Source: Lama guanicoe (lineage: Eukaryota). Taken from it: 38,204 nucleotides of DNA. This document shows, piece after piece, positions 1 to 12,340 of the stretch (its first letter is position 1; every line of letters begins with the position of its first letter). A model generated the notes under the pieces. That model saw nothing but the letters and a program-made list of their open reading frames with translations, was not told the origin of the DNA and ran no database searches. The DNA lies in the NCBI GenBank assembly GCA_013239625.1, contig PNXV01005372.1:1-38204 (forward strand), read 5' to 3'. A program made the position numbers and the translations under genes.

Positions 1-159
1 CCAGCTCTCCTCCAGGGTGTCAGCTGCCTTTCAGGAGAGGTGGTGTCTTAGTGGGGTGTGGAAGAATCAACGTGGGCAAGTTTCAGTGTCTCTCCAAATC
101 ACACTGTGGGATAGGTTTTCAACATAGGAATTTGAAGTGGACAGTTTAGTCCATATCAG

Positions 160-1150
160 ACACCGATACAAAAATGGCAGAAAAAAGTATATTGGATTTC
201 AGTAAAATAAAAATTGTTTGTGTTTCAAAGGGCATCATCAAGTAAAAGGAAAAACTACCCCCAGATTGGCAGTAAATTCTTTCCAATCATATATGTGATA
301 AATGTGTAGTATCCTGAATATATAAAGAATTATTACAACTCAACTGAGAAAAAATAAATAATGGGGAAAAGATTTGAATAGACATTTCTCCGAGCAGGCT
401 ATATAAGTAGCCAATAAGCACATGAGGAGATGCTCAACAGATTGTTAGGGAAATGCAACTCAAAACCACAGTGAGATAGGACCTCAGATTCACTTCCTGA
501 ACGAAGAAGATAGAAAATAATGAGTATTGGTAATGATAGGGAGAAACTGTAATCCTCATATATTGCCAGTGGGAACAGAAAACCAGTGTATAAAGCAGTC
601 AGCTATTTCTCAAAAAGTTAAACATAGAGTGCAACTATATGATCGATCTATTCCACTCCCATGTATATGTCCAAGAAAATGTAAACACATGTCCATGCAA
701 AAACCTATACAGAAATGTTCATAGCAGCAGTACTTAATCATGCTAACCAAAATTAGGAAGCAACCTAAATGTCCATGAACAGATGAATGCATAAAACATA
801 AGGTCTTTTCATGCAATGTAATATTATTTGCCAGTAAAAGTAAATGAATTACATGGACGAATCTTGAATACCATACATTTAGGGAGGGCAACCAAACACA
901 AAAGACCACAATTTTATTATTGAATTCATATGAAATATCCAAAATAGACAAGTCAACAGAGATGCATAGTAGATTAATGCTTGCTTAATGCTACAGAAAG
1001 GGGGAATGAGAAGTCACTGCTAATGGGTGAGTGGCTTCTTTTTGGGGTAATGAAAATGTGGAACTAGATAATGGTAATGGTTGCACAACCTATGAATATA
1101 CTAATAACCATTGAATTGTACACCTGAAAATGGTAAATTTTATGACACAT
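160..1150 (+). mobile_element. Old L1 (L1M/L1MB-like) ORF2 end and 3'UTR, decayed
   Basis: Typical L1 3' motifs: 'gatttgaatagacatttctc', 'caacctaaatgtccatgaacagatgaatg', 'gaactagataatggtaatggttgcacaac'. Boundaries approximate. Confidence 0.85.
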
Positions 1151-1159
1151 GAATAAGAA

Positions 1160-1716
1160 ATACATGCCATTTGCAGCAACATGGATGTCCCTGGAGAATG
1201 TCGTTCTAAGTGAAGTAAGCCAGAAAGAGAAAGAAAAATATATAACTGAAAAATTGTTCTCTACACTGGAATTTGACACAACAATGTAAAATGATTACAA
1301 ATCAATAAAAAATGTTAAAAAAAAAAGAGAAAGAAAAATACCATATGAGATCGCTCATTTGTGGAATCGAAAGAAAGAAAGAAAGAAAGAAAGAAAGAGA
1401 ACATAAGTACAAAACAGAAGCAGACTCATAGACATAGAATACAAACTTGTGGTTTCCAAGGGGGTGGGGAGTGGGAAGGGACATACTGGGATTTCAAAAT
1501 TTGTAGATCCTGACAGGCATATATAGAATAGATAAACAAGATTATACTGTACAGCACAGGGAAATATATACAAGATCTTGTGGTAGCTCACAGTGAAGAA
1601 AAAAAATGTGACAATGAATTTATGTATGTTCATGTATAACTGAAAAATTGTGCTCTACACTGGTATTTAACACAGCATTGTAAAATGACTATAACTCAAT
1701 AAAAAGTTTTAAAAAA
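1160..1716 (+). mobile_element. Young lineage-specific L1 3' end (5'-truncated) with a nested ~83-bp L1 3' tip
   Basis: 'gccatttgcagcaacatggatg...ctaagtgaagtaagccagaaagagaaag', G-rich tract, AATAAA and A-tail near 1698-1716. Outer boundaries approximate. Confidence 0.9.
1241..1323 (+). mobile_element. Severely truncated L1 3' tip nested in an L1 of the same family
   Basis: Matches the host's own 3' terminus (~1635-1716), ends AATAAA plus poly(A), flanked by a 17-bp TSD aaagagaaagaaaaata (1224-1240 and 1324-1340). Confidence 0.85.
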
Positions 1717-2019
1717 GGAAATTCAATAAAGAATAAGAAAATGAAAAGACACCCCACAGAATGGAAGTGATGTGGGCAAGAGCACAGACAGAGAAGCCCT
1801 GCATGGCCCAGGCCTGGTGAGACTGCTGAAGACAAAGAGGAGCAGAGACTCTGGGGAGAAAAGCCTGGTGCCATAAGCCACACAGGCAGCACAGATACAT
1901 GCAGCTCACCACTGGAAGATTTCGAAGCTGGTAGCAACAACAAAACCCAAACCTAGCTCAACCACTGACTAAACTTACTACTTCCCGCACCCTAGCAACG
2001 TAGCAGAGAAGAGGCATGT

Positions 2020-3680
2020 CAATTTCCAGGTATAAATGCTACTTACCTCAGTCTCTGCTGTTCTTCTACAGATGATGTCTGGCTGGAATTCAATAGAAAT
2101 ATTACAACAAACAGCACTCCAAAATCAAGAACAGTCAACCCATTGCCAACAGAAAAAGCAATGAATAGAACTGTACTCCAAGTTGACCTATATGCTAGCT
2201 ATATTAGGAAGACACTTTATTATGTTAATCTGATTAACATGTTAAATAATCTAGAGGAAAAGGTGAATAATGCGCATAAAGAAATAGGTAATTTCAACAC
2301 AGAAATTTAAACAATATGATAGAATTGAATGAAAATACTAGAATTAAAAAATAGTACCTGCTAGAAGGATTATAAACGGACTGAACATAGTAAAGGTAGA
2401 ATAAACTTGAGATAAGTGGTTAGGAATTATTCGATACAATACAAAGAGAAGAAAAGGAGAAAAACAGCATAGGGCATCCAAGAGTGGTGGGACAATATCA
2501 AATGACATAGCCTGTGTGTTATTGGAGTTCTAGAATAAGACAGAGAGAGAGAAAAAAAGACCAGAGTAGATGATATATTTAAAAAGATGATGGACAAGAA
2601 TTTTGTAAAATTAGCAAAAGACAAAATACACAAACATACACACACAGATTCAATTAGTTCATGGAACACTAAGCAGGATAAAAAGAAAGACACATAATAC
2701 CCAAACTGCTGAAAAACAAAGATAAAGAGAAATTTACAAGAAGAAAACAAGAAGGGCAACAAGAAGAAAAATGAAAATCATATACAAAAAAGCAAAGAAT
2801 TACAGCAGAGTCTCAGAAGACAAAAGAGTGATCTTTAAAGTGTTAAAAGAAGGGAAAAACAAAAAGCCCTCTGAACCCAGAATTCTATATCTAGTGAAAA
2901 TATTGTTCAGAAATGAATGGGAAATAAAGAATTTTACAGAAGAACAAGAGCTGAGAAAATTCATTGCCAGCAATGTACTGTAAGGAATTTTAGAGAAAGT
3001 TCTTCATGCAGATGGAGTATACTAATACGTGTAAATGTGGATATATAAATGGTAAAAATTAGAGTAATTATAAAAGATATTTTTCTTATATTTAGATACC
3101 CTAATAAATAATTGACTGTCTAAAGTAAAGGTTGGCAAACGACTGCCTGTACACCAAGTATGGATTGTGGCATGTTTGTGTTCAGTCTTTGAAATAAAAA
3201 TGGTTTTAAAGACATATATTTTATGGACTGTATAGTCCACAAAGCCTACAATATTTACTACGTGGCCTTTTGTGGGAAAAGTGTGCTGGCTTCTGGTGCA
3301 AAGAGAAAACAGCAGCAATATATTGAAGGTTTATAAAATACATGCAAGTAGAACTTGTAATAACAATAATCCAAAAGGTGAGAGGGAGAAAATGGAGGTT
3401 TCCTCTTTTAAGGATATTACATTCTACCTGAGTTGGTCCAATATTATTTGAAAATAATCTGTGATAAGTAAAACTTAATACTGAAAACATTACAGCAACC
3501 ACAAAAAACATAAAAGATATATAACTACCAACCAGTAGTATGCATAAAATATAATCATAAAAATTCTCAGCTTATTAGAAGAAGATTGGAAAAGGAAAAA
3601 CAGATTGACAAATAGAAAACGGTGAGCAAATAGTATATTTAAACCAACTATTTCAATAATTACATTAAATGTAAATGGTC
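2020..3680 (+). mobile_element. Ancient L1M ORF1 and inter-ORF remnant, interrupted by MER58
   Basis: ORF 2771-2983 (…IFKVLKE…EPRILYLVKILFRNEWEIKNF…LRKFIAS) resembles the L1 ORF1p C-terminal domain; A-rich sense strand; ORF2-start-like 'tcaataattacattaaatgtaaatggtct' near 3653-3681. Confidence 0.8.
3128..3296. mobile_element. MER58-like hAT DNA transposon remnant
   Basis: Begins 'aaggttggcaaac', ends 'cacaaagcctacaatatttactacgtggccttttgtgggaaaagtgtgctggcttctg'. A second fragment lies at ~5015-5090. Confidence 0.7.
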
Positions 3681-3799
3681 TAGGTCCAAGGTGGATTAAG
3701 CATACTCTTCCTTGTTCCTCCCACTTAAAGCAACTGTAAACCTTAGGGGAAAAAGTATGAAGCAGTTACCTGAGAACTATGAAAAATAAGTGGAATATA

Positions 3800-4735
3800 C
3801 ACACATGTATTTCCTTGCTCTGTCAGCTGAGAGGGCCTAGAAGCAAGGACACGGCAGCAGCAACGGACATACCTGGCATTGTTTTCTAATCTGATTTCCC
3901 AATGGATCCCAAGGAAACCAGGGATCCTTAGAGAAATGGACAATTCTAGGACTGGGGCAGGAAATACAGAAGATAAGCCTGGGACATCTTATTGTTCCAT
4001 AAAGCAAGGACATGCTCAAAAACAAACAAAACAATGTAAGGTATGTCGAAGGGCCACAAGAGTACATGGAAAGAGCTCCCAAGGTCAAATTTGGAACTAT
4101 TTGAGCAACTAAATAAAATTGTACGGCATTATAACCCAAAACATAAAATAAATATCCATGAGTCCATAATAAGATTTTATAAGCACTGAATAAATACATA
4201 AATAGAGGAGAAGAGACAAATTTTTTGTGCTGAAGAGTTTCAAATCATTTGTGTAAATACTCCCCTACTCAAGGAAGTGGAACATAACCCTCACTCCTTA
4301 GCTGTGGTTTGCACATAATAGAGTATGAAAATGAGGCAGGGGAGAGTAACTACTCAGTGGAGAAGCCTGACCAACACTATCTCAGCCAGGTGATCAAGGT
4401 CAACACCAGTAGTGCTGAGTGATGTTGATAGTATGTACCCTTGATATATATGATGTCATGAGACGGGCACTTCACCTCCCTGGTCTTCCTCCTGAAAACT
4501 CATAACAACAGTCTAATTATGAGAAAAATAAAAGACAATGTCCTTCGAATAGAGGGATATGTTACAATATTCTTAACCAGTACTCCTCAAAATTGCCAAC
4601 ATCATCAAAAAAAAGAAAAAGGAAAGTTTGAGAAATTGTTGCTGCAAAGAAAACTTAAGGAAATATGACAGCTACATGAAATGTGGTATGCTGGATGTGA
4701 TCTTATAATTTTAAAAGAACATTAAGTAAAAACTA
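3800..4735 (+). mobile_element. L1MC/L1MD-type 3'UTR remnant
   Basis: 'cagtggagaagcctgaccaacactatctcagccaggtgatcaaggtcaac', 'ccagtactcctcaaaattgcc', 'atgtggtatgctggatgtgatc'. Confidence 0.75.
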
Positions 4736-4839
4736 AATATAAAAATACAATATACATCAGAAATTAACACAACACTGTAAACCAACTACACTTCAATAAA
4801 AAAAGAAGCGATACAGGTCACTTGAACAACTGGAAAGGA

Positions 4840-5010
4840 CAAAATTAAAAATCATTTAAAATTAGAAAAAGATACAATATAAATTAATTAATATTAGAAA
4901 TATTAAATAATTAAATTGAACAATTAAATGATAAATTATAAATGTTAAATATAAATACATTAAACAAAATTATTATGAGTATAATACAAAAATAAAATAT
5001 AAAATTTATC
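4840..5010. repeat. AT-rich low-complexity tract
   Basis: Almost entirely A/T, with degenerate (AATT/AAAT) units. Confidence 0.8.
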
Positions 5011-5549
5011 TATCTCAGAGAAAATATGGCCTACAAAGCCAAAAATATTTCCAATTTAGCCATTTATGGGAAAAGTTTGTTGACCACTGGTGTAAACCAA
5101 AATAGCATGAATACACTGAGGAATTTATAACATAGTTAGGAGCCAGAGCCCCAGGCCTGAATCTATAAGCCTGCAGTGGGAGCCCCAGCAACAGCACGGC
5201 AGACACCTGAAACTTTGAAACTTCTCTCTGTAAAGAAAAACTTCTGTCTGAAAAGTAAGTGGTAACTGTTTTGCTATTTTTCTATTATCCCACCACTTGG
5301 CCATCTAGGCAAGTCCATTCAAGGGAAGTATGCAAAAGAGCGGGGGAGACTAAAGACCCCGCTCCTAGTTAGAGGACCAAAAGGGGAGTCTCCTGGTAAC
5401 CAGAGAGTGAAGGGAGACAGTGGAGAGGAGCAAATATAAACAAGGGATTCCAACAAGTTGGAAGTCCTGGGTTCAACCTGAGATGTGTATGCAAGAATCT
5501 CACCATAAACAGAATACCAGAAACTTGGCGAACTGAAGCATTGCCCAGG

Positions 5550-6455
5550 GTCAGAATTGTCCCTGAGTGATTCACAAACAGTATAGATCGAAATATCACT
5601 ACACCAACCACACCAAAATGCATATTTATTTCAAGCACATGTGGAACATTCACCAAGATAGACTATTTCCTGTGTCATGAGAACAAATTTAAAACAGCTT
5701 AAATGATGCAGAGTATGTTATCTGACAATAAAGGAATCAAACTAGAAATGAAACAATAATGAAAGGACAAGAAAAAACTTAAAACACTTGGAAATTAAAC
5801 AACACACTCTAAAACCATCCATAGGTCAAAGAGAGTCTCAAGGAAACAGAAACTGCACTAGACTGAATTAAAATGAAAGTGCAACATATTAAAATTTATG
5901 AGGTGCAGCTAAATCAGTGTTAAGAGGGAAAATTAGAACATTTAATGCTTAGATTAAGAAAGAAGAAATACCTCAAATCAATAATCTATGTTTCCACCTT
6001 AACTTAGATAGAAAAGGAAGAAAAAACTTAACCCAAAACAATCAGAAAACAAACACACACAAATAAACAAACAAACAAACAAAACAGAGAAAAAAATTAA
6101 AATCAGAAAATAGAATAGAGAAAATCATGGAAACCAAAACTGGTTCATTGAAAAGATCAATAAAATTGATAAAGCTCTAGCCAGAGTTAAAAAAAAAAAC
6201 AGAAGATATCAGAAATGAAACACTGAATATCATTATAAGCCTATAAGCCCTACACAAAAGACATTAAAAGGATAAAAAGGAAACACTAAGAACTAATCTA
6301 TGTACGTAAATTCAAGAACTTCAATGGAATTGTACAGCTTCTCAAAATTCAGAAATTATCCAGCTCACCCTAGATGAAATTCATAACCTGAATAGTAGTA
6401 CAATTATTCAAGAATGGATATCATACTTTAAAATTTTCTAAAAAGGAAAGCTTTA
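5550..6455 (+). mobile_element. Old L1M ORF2 fragment (endonuclease C-terminal part and downstream), decayed
   Basis: 'ttcaagcacatgtggaacattcaccaagatagac', 'tggttcattgaaaagatcaataaaattgataaagctctagccag'. Confidence 0.85.
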
Positions 6456-6558
6456 GGGGCACAGAAACATCAAAACATCAAGCAGGAACTGTCAGAACTA
6501 ACTTTGTCAGAACTCTGGAAAACGGTCAAAAGTTTGCAGCAACCAAGCCACCAAGATT

Positions 6559-7080
6559 GTGAGCTCCTCCATGGGGGTAAGGGTCACATGTCATGCTCTA
6601 TGGTCCTGGTGCCCACCATGGGCTTTGACATTCAGTAGGAGACCCTAAAATGTTTGTTAAATAACATTAGACGATCTCGTTGGATCAAGTTTATTTGCCC
6701 TCCAATACATGTAACATGTCAACACGGCCATAAACACAAACAGGAGCAGTAACACAAGTGCACCTCTCCAAGCGTCTGTAGGAGAGGTGCCTGAACTCAC
6801 GCAGCCAACATAGAACCATTTTAGCGCATGGGTGACTTTAAAAAGTCACTTTTTTTTTCATGAAAATCAGGTCAATGTTGTGAAAGAACAAAATAATGGC
6901 AAGAGAGAGCTCCTCACAGAATGAGCAGGCTGAGCCAGTGTCCTCCAAGAGTTGGAGGGACAGTGGTAGCCTTTAGGAAGAAGTGACCAACCAGGCACAA
7001 TAGGAAGGCAATTTAGCTTTGGCCGGTGGGGGTGGGGGTACAATATTCTGAAGGGTTCCAGAAGTATAAAAACAAGACCT
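6559..7080 (+). repeat. Inverted repeat, left arm (core 6614-6949 identical to the reverse complement of 12463-12797 except T9 vs T8)
   Basis: Checked block by block by reverse-complementing the right arm. Flanks 6559-6613 and 6950-7080 align with many mismatches and an ~11-nt indel. The outer ~110 bp resembles an L2 3' end. Confidence 0.97.
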
Positions 7081-7817
7081 CTGGCACATTCAAAAGACAG
7101 AGACCTTTAACTGTCTTCCTAACGGGATAAACATTCTGGCCCCTCCCAACTAGTGTGCATGTTAAATGTCAGTACCCAGGAAACAAGGGCCTCCACAGTC
7201 CCAGTTCCTAACCTTCCATTCTGATCACTAGTACAGAGAAGGGAGTGTGCAAAACAATATTTAGTAGTTTAGTTTCACTTTTGCTTAAGCCAAAAGGACC
7301 TAAGACTTTGTGTTTGGTTAGCAACTCCACCGTTCTAGCGACAGAGAGGTCAAGACAGAAAGGAAATATCCAAGCAAAAAAAAAAAAAAAGCCTAAAATC
7401 AAAATTCAGATGGAAATATATTTGTGTACATGATCATGGGCTAGAAAATTCATAATACACAATGAGGAAGCTCAGCTGGTGCTTTTAGCTCCTCATCAGG
7501 ACTTCATGCTTTCCTGGGTTTGGGGCCATTATGTGGAGCAGCCACCGGATGGAGCTTGACCTGAAACAATAAAGTGAACACGTGGATTGAATGTGTTTCT
7601 TATCAAAACACCTTGATCTCAAAGTGAGCAAAGTATTCTCAGATGGGAGTTTAAATGACACCCTTATTTTGAGGTATTCATGAGTACATTTCAAACCGAA
7701 GTTTTTTAACCCTTTGTAACACCCAGTAAAGGAGGTGGGTGGAGAGGCAGTATATGAGAAAATAGATCCAACCCTCACTCCCAAAAGGATCTGAGGATGA
7801 GGGGAGCCCAGATGTGA

Positions 7818-7825
7818 TGACGTCA
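7818..7825. promoter_or_regulatory. Full palindromic CRE (TGACGTCA) next to a C/EBP-like TTGCATAA (7832-7839)
   Basis: Exact consensus match with the CpG retained in CpG-poor DNA. Function unproven. Confidence 0.3.
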
Positions 7826-8139
7826 CTTTATTGCATAATTCTCCACCACCCATAAAATAAAGTCTGCACCCCTTACTCTGACATTCAGGGCCCCTCTTAG
7901 TTGGACTCCCAACTAAGAGGGACTCTTCTCTATACACACCATGATCCCAATCATTGTTTTCCACGCTGAAAGAATTCTGTTACACTGCAGGAAGTAGGGC
8001 TGACTTTTTTGTTAGGTTTTAATCTGTGTGACAAGTTAGCCATAGTTAGGACTGATTCCTGGGCTAGTTATTTAGAAAATGATCCAAGTGCCAGATTCCT
8101 CTCTTCCTTCCCTTCCTTATCTCTGCATCTGAGATCAAG

Positions 8140-8295
8140 AGAGGAAGAAGTCTGACAAACACGACCTCAGCTGGGTGATCAAGGTCAATATCAACAGTGC
8201 TAAATCATGTTGATAATATGTGCCCTTGATATGATGTGATAAGAATGCTGCTTTATCTCTTTGATCTTCCTCCTCCAAATCTACAATCCCAGTTG
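8140..8295 (+). mobile_element. L1MC/MD 3'UTR fragment
   Basis: Diverged match to 4360-4510 ('ctcagctgggtgatcaaggtcaatatcaacagtgctaaatcatgttgataatatgtgcccttgatatg'). Confidence 0.7.
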
Positions 8296-8669
8296 AATAC
8301 TTTGGATTAACACATTTTTTTATGATGAATGGATGTTGATTTTCATTAGATAATTTTCTGTATCAATTTACATCTGATTTTTCTCAATCTGTTAATGTAA
8401 TAAAGCAATTCTGGGCCTACTCATCCCCAGATCTGTGCCTCATTCCTCCCTGCTCTGCTCTAGATTATACAAGGGTTGACCCTTGCAGGCTGCAACTAGC
8501 CAATGTAGCCAAGGGCTGCCATTTTGATCCAGCTACCTAGAAACACCAGCAAGAGATTAGAACCCTGGAAGACAGAAAGGTCAGAGATTTTCTCCTTCTT
8601 CCTCTGCATCAAGTAGCTTCTCCTTCAATGGTAACATGTTCTCCATGACTCCAGCCACCATCAGATTGA

Positions 8670-9290
8670 CCCATCATTTTTACAAGGTAAAAACTTTAAG
8701 AAAATTAAGATTAGAAGGGAACTTCCGTTTCCTAATATCTACAGCAAACATCCTTAATTGTGAAATGTTAGATGCATTCCCATTAAAGACAAGGACAAGA
8801 CATAGATGTATGTTCTCCCCTCTACAATTCAAAAGTGCACTAGAACAGAGTCAGGACTATGCATATCAAAATAAATAAGTGTGAAAACTGAAAAAGAGAT
8901 ACTATTGTGTGACAGTATGGTCATCTATGTAGAGAATTCAAATAACTAGGTATACGGAGTATTCAAATTAATAAGAGACCAGAAAAACAGTGTACAGAAG
9001 ATCACTACAGCAAAATCAAGAGCCTAGTCACACACACACACACACAAAGCAATAACTATTTAGAAGATATAATAGAAAATACCTCAGTCACAACAGCAAC
9101 AAAATCCAAAAATTACCTAACAAAAATATACAAAATCTTAATGGAGGCTACTATGCAAATTTACTGATAGATTTAGGTTAAAAAAAAAGTTCCAAATAAA
9201 TCGAGTAGTATACCATAGTCAATTATGGGGAACAAAATGTAAAGATGTTGATTCTGCTTAAATTATTTATAGATTTAGTGCCTTACCTAT
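8670..9290 (+). mobile_element. Ancient L1M ORF2 (RT region) remnant
   Basis: ORF 8636-8878 contains KTLRKLRLEGNF…TANILNCEMLDAFPLKTRTRHRC, a degenerate L1 RT '[24 protein letters not shown]' motif. Confidence 0.8.
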
Positions 9291-9529
9291 AGCTGCTAAG
9301 ATGACAGTGAAGTGTAGGCTGTTGTCTTCTGCTCCCAAAGTCAACCCTGAAAAACTAGAGAAGGGAAAATGAAACTCATTTTAAAACACACACGATATCA
9401 ACAGCAACAGCTAAACAGAAAAGTATGAGAGACCTCTGGGGGAGACTAAAGACTATGTTCAATAGGATAATAAAAGCAAAATCCCAGAGGGGGAGCAGAA
9501 GGGCTTGGGGCCAAAGAAAATCAGAAGCA

Positions 9530-9840
9530 ACTGCCAATCATCGCGGTTCCAACAGGCAGCGCGCCCCGCGCGAGGTACTTGGCGCACATCACACGCACCC
9601 CTGCAGTCCTGCGGGACGGGCCTCCTCACACCCGCCCACTGCACAGATGAAGACCCTGAGGTCGTGGGGCTCGGGAACCTTCCCAGGATCACGTGCTAGT
9701 AAGTGACGGGGTGGGGCCGAGACCCCTGGTCTGAATTCATCTAGAGCCCACGCTGCGCCCACCCATCGCAGCCTGCGGCCCACCTCCTGACCCAGAGTCC
9801 ACTTCTCTCCTCAGTGTCCTCGTGGTGTCTGTCGGGTGAC
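9530..9840. promoter_or_regulatory. Small CpG-rich, promoter/enhancer-like patch built on a GC-enriched MIR
   Basis: About 23 CpG counted by eye in 9541-9840; CCAAT at 9534-9538; CACGTG E-box near 9690; 'cccactgcacagatgaagaccctgagg…cccaggatcacgtgctagtaagtgacgggg' matches the MIR core in reverse orientation. Confidence 0.55.
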
Positions 9841-10307
9841 AGAAAGTAGGATCCTGAGGCCCAGGTAGTAAAAGCTGGACCAAGAAAGGAAGGTGACTGT
9901 GACAGTCAAAGCCAGGGTGAGGACTGTCTGCGGTTTCTTGAGAGCTGACCCTGCCAGGTGGTGGCACTGCTGTCCAGTCCCAGCCCTTATCCCACACGAC
10001 AGCACCCTGCCCTGGTCCCCTCCTTCCCCGGGGCCCTCCTGGCCAACTCGAACCTGACCTGCTGACTTGGTCATCACTGCTGTCCCTTCTGAAGGCTGCA
10101 CAAGAGCTCCTGTCCTTTCCTTGACACAGAGCATTTCTTCTCCCTGCATAAGTCCTCTGACTGTCCCATCTGTCACTCTGGAACTCTGATACTTACAGCC
10201 CCTTTGACTGGACAGTAACCTTTAGACACCTGGTAATCTGGGCAACTTCAACCCATTCTCAAAACGTCCAATTGGCGTTAGTGAGTAGCTTGATTTGCCA
10301 CATAATT

Positions 10308-10448
10308 TTTGCTTTGTTTTGTTTTGTTTGGTGGGGTAACTAGGCTTATTTATTTTTAAAAAAATTTTTAATGGAGTTACTGGGGATTGAACCCAGAACC
10401 TCATGCATGCTAAGCATGTGCTCTACCACTAGCTATACCCTTTCCCCC
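10308..10448 (-). mobile_element. tRNA-derived SINE (camelid-type)
   Basis: Minus strand reads gggtatagctagtggtagagc (A box)…gggttcaatcccc (B box), then an A-rich tail. 17-bp TSD tgatttgcca[c/g]ataatt at 10291-10307 and 10450-10466. Confidence 0.92.
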
Positions 10449-11245
10449 ATGATTTGCCAGATAATTGACTGGTTCTTTGGATAGAACCCTGAAATTAGAG
10501 CGAGGGTTTCTGAAACCTCTCTGACATTTGCAGTAGGATTTTAATGGGTGTATCTTATTTGAAACTGACCACTGAACACATGTACAGATGAACAAGCTTA
10601 CCTACGACGTCAAAACCCAGATTCTCCCTCATAAGTAGTAGATGAGGAAGGACCATGGAAATCACTGTGGAGCTAACATCTACTGAGGTTGAACTCTTGA
10701 AAATGGTGTGATCCTTCTAGGAGGTGAAAAATAGTTCTTTGGTGGACATGTTAGCTCAGATTTTCAAAGAAAAAAATAATTAACCATCCTTCTACTGTCT
10801 CTTGTCTGTGCACCTGCCCCACAGGAAAGTCCTGGCTCTCAGTGTGCCTAAGGGCACCTGTGCAGGTCTTCAGACAGTCAGTTCAGGCAGTTCAGTCGTG
10901 TGGAGGGTAGCAGAGACTCACTGGTTAAGATCTTACCCATGCATCAAAAGGAAGGAGAACATTCTCAGCCGACTGACATTACAGTCAGTACTATAGTCAG
11001 TATTGCAAAGGGAAGTGCAGGAAGGTGCTGTTGATGAAGTGCAAATCCACTCTGCTGACATTTACATGATCCTCTTAAAATTAGATGTGATATTTGTTTG
11101 AGAACATCTATCATATAGTAGGCACTTGAATTTTAGAGGATATCAAGTCAAATTTGACCTTCTCAGAAAGTCCTCTAAGAAATGAAGAAGGCTATTGTCA
11201 TAAAAAATAATGGTCACTGTTAATTGAGCCCCTACTATGTAACAA

Positions 11246-11639
11246 TGTATGGGAGAGACTAAAAATGCTTTTCCACATCTTGTCTTCCTTTCCCTCCCTC
11301 CTGGACACAGGGGACACAACATTGCCAGTCCACTTATAGTTGGGATGAGTCATGTGACTCGCCATTGCCACTGAGATATAAGCAGAAGCATTGTCACATC
11401 CAGAGCCAGTATGCCACTTCTTTGCTTTCTCTTTCACTCAGCAGCAAACATGGCAAATCCATGGTGGAGCTTGAAAATGGAAATAGCCTGGAAACTTGGA
11501 TCCTCTGAGAGCAGAGAGCCCCTACCAAAACCCGTCAGAGGTTATATGCACAAACAAATAAACTTCTGTTATATTAAGCTGTTCAAATTTCACACTTGCC
11601 TGTTGCGTCAATGAGCAGCTACTTTAGCTGACTAATACA
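11246..11639 (+). mobile_element. MaLR LTR (MLT1-type), solo
   Basis: Starts 'tgtatgg', contains 'agtcatgtgact', 'aaataaacttctgttatattaagc', ends 'gctgactaataca'. Confidence 0.75.
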
Positions 11640-11848
11640 CAGCTACTATTTCTGTTAGTTCCAAAAGAATTTTAATTACAATGGTGATAGTGCATGTATC
11701 CTTCATGCAGAAAATTCTAAAACTTCAGACAAATCATAATTCTCCCTTTACAAAGTTTCTTCAAAATTCAGCCCCATCTTCAGAAATGACCACAATTAAC
11801 AATCTGGTATGTGTTATTTTAAAGCTGATTCTAGTCTTTAATACATAA

Positions 11849-12335
11849 ATGTTGGTGAGTCTGAGGATTTAGGGGCTGATTACGACCATGACATCACAGC
11901 CACATGCCACAAGCTTTATATGGGCAGCACTTTGACATGAGGGCAAGTGAAGGGAAGTCCCACACAGCAAGAGACCTTGCAGAGATAATGGCAAAGGCTC
12001 ACTATCCAGAAGGGGAAGACACAAGGGAAGTCTCAGGGAATAGGGAAATTAGACAGTGAAGTCACTCATCAACACAATGGGGAAATCTCTGCATCAGAGA
12101 ACTCCAAAAGATAGCAGTGGCTTGATGTCTTACAGCCCCAGGATTATCTTCTTTATGCCCTCCCCCCCCCCAGGTATTGGGTACACTTTTGCAAGGTATG
12201 CAAAGAAGGCAGGCTCTAATTTTAATATATGTGTATATGTGCTGCCGAAGTGAGCACAGAAGGTAGGCTCTAAATGGCAAAAATCAGCTTATTTGGATTA
12301 CATTTAAAGCAATTGGATGTGTAAAAATTTGAGTT
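11849..12335. mobile_element. Probable old ERV LTR remnant abutting the right inverted-repeat arm
   Basis: Starts 'tgttggtg' with LTR-like composition; family not identified and no TSD found. Confidence 0.4.
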
Positions 12336-12340
12336 AAGAA

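Noticed and set aside
4360..8295. Direct repeat between ~4360-4510 and ~8140-8295
   Set aside because: Diverged copies of a common L1MC/MD 3'UTR segment; no evidence of local duplication.
10372..10445. tRNA gene
   Set aside because: A and B boxes are present, but an A-rich tail and a 17-bp TSD show it is a SINE.
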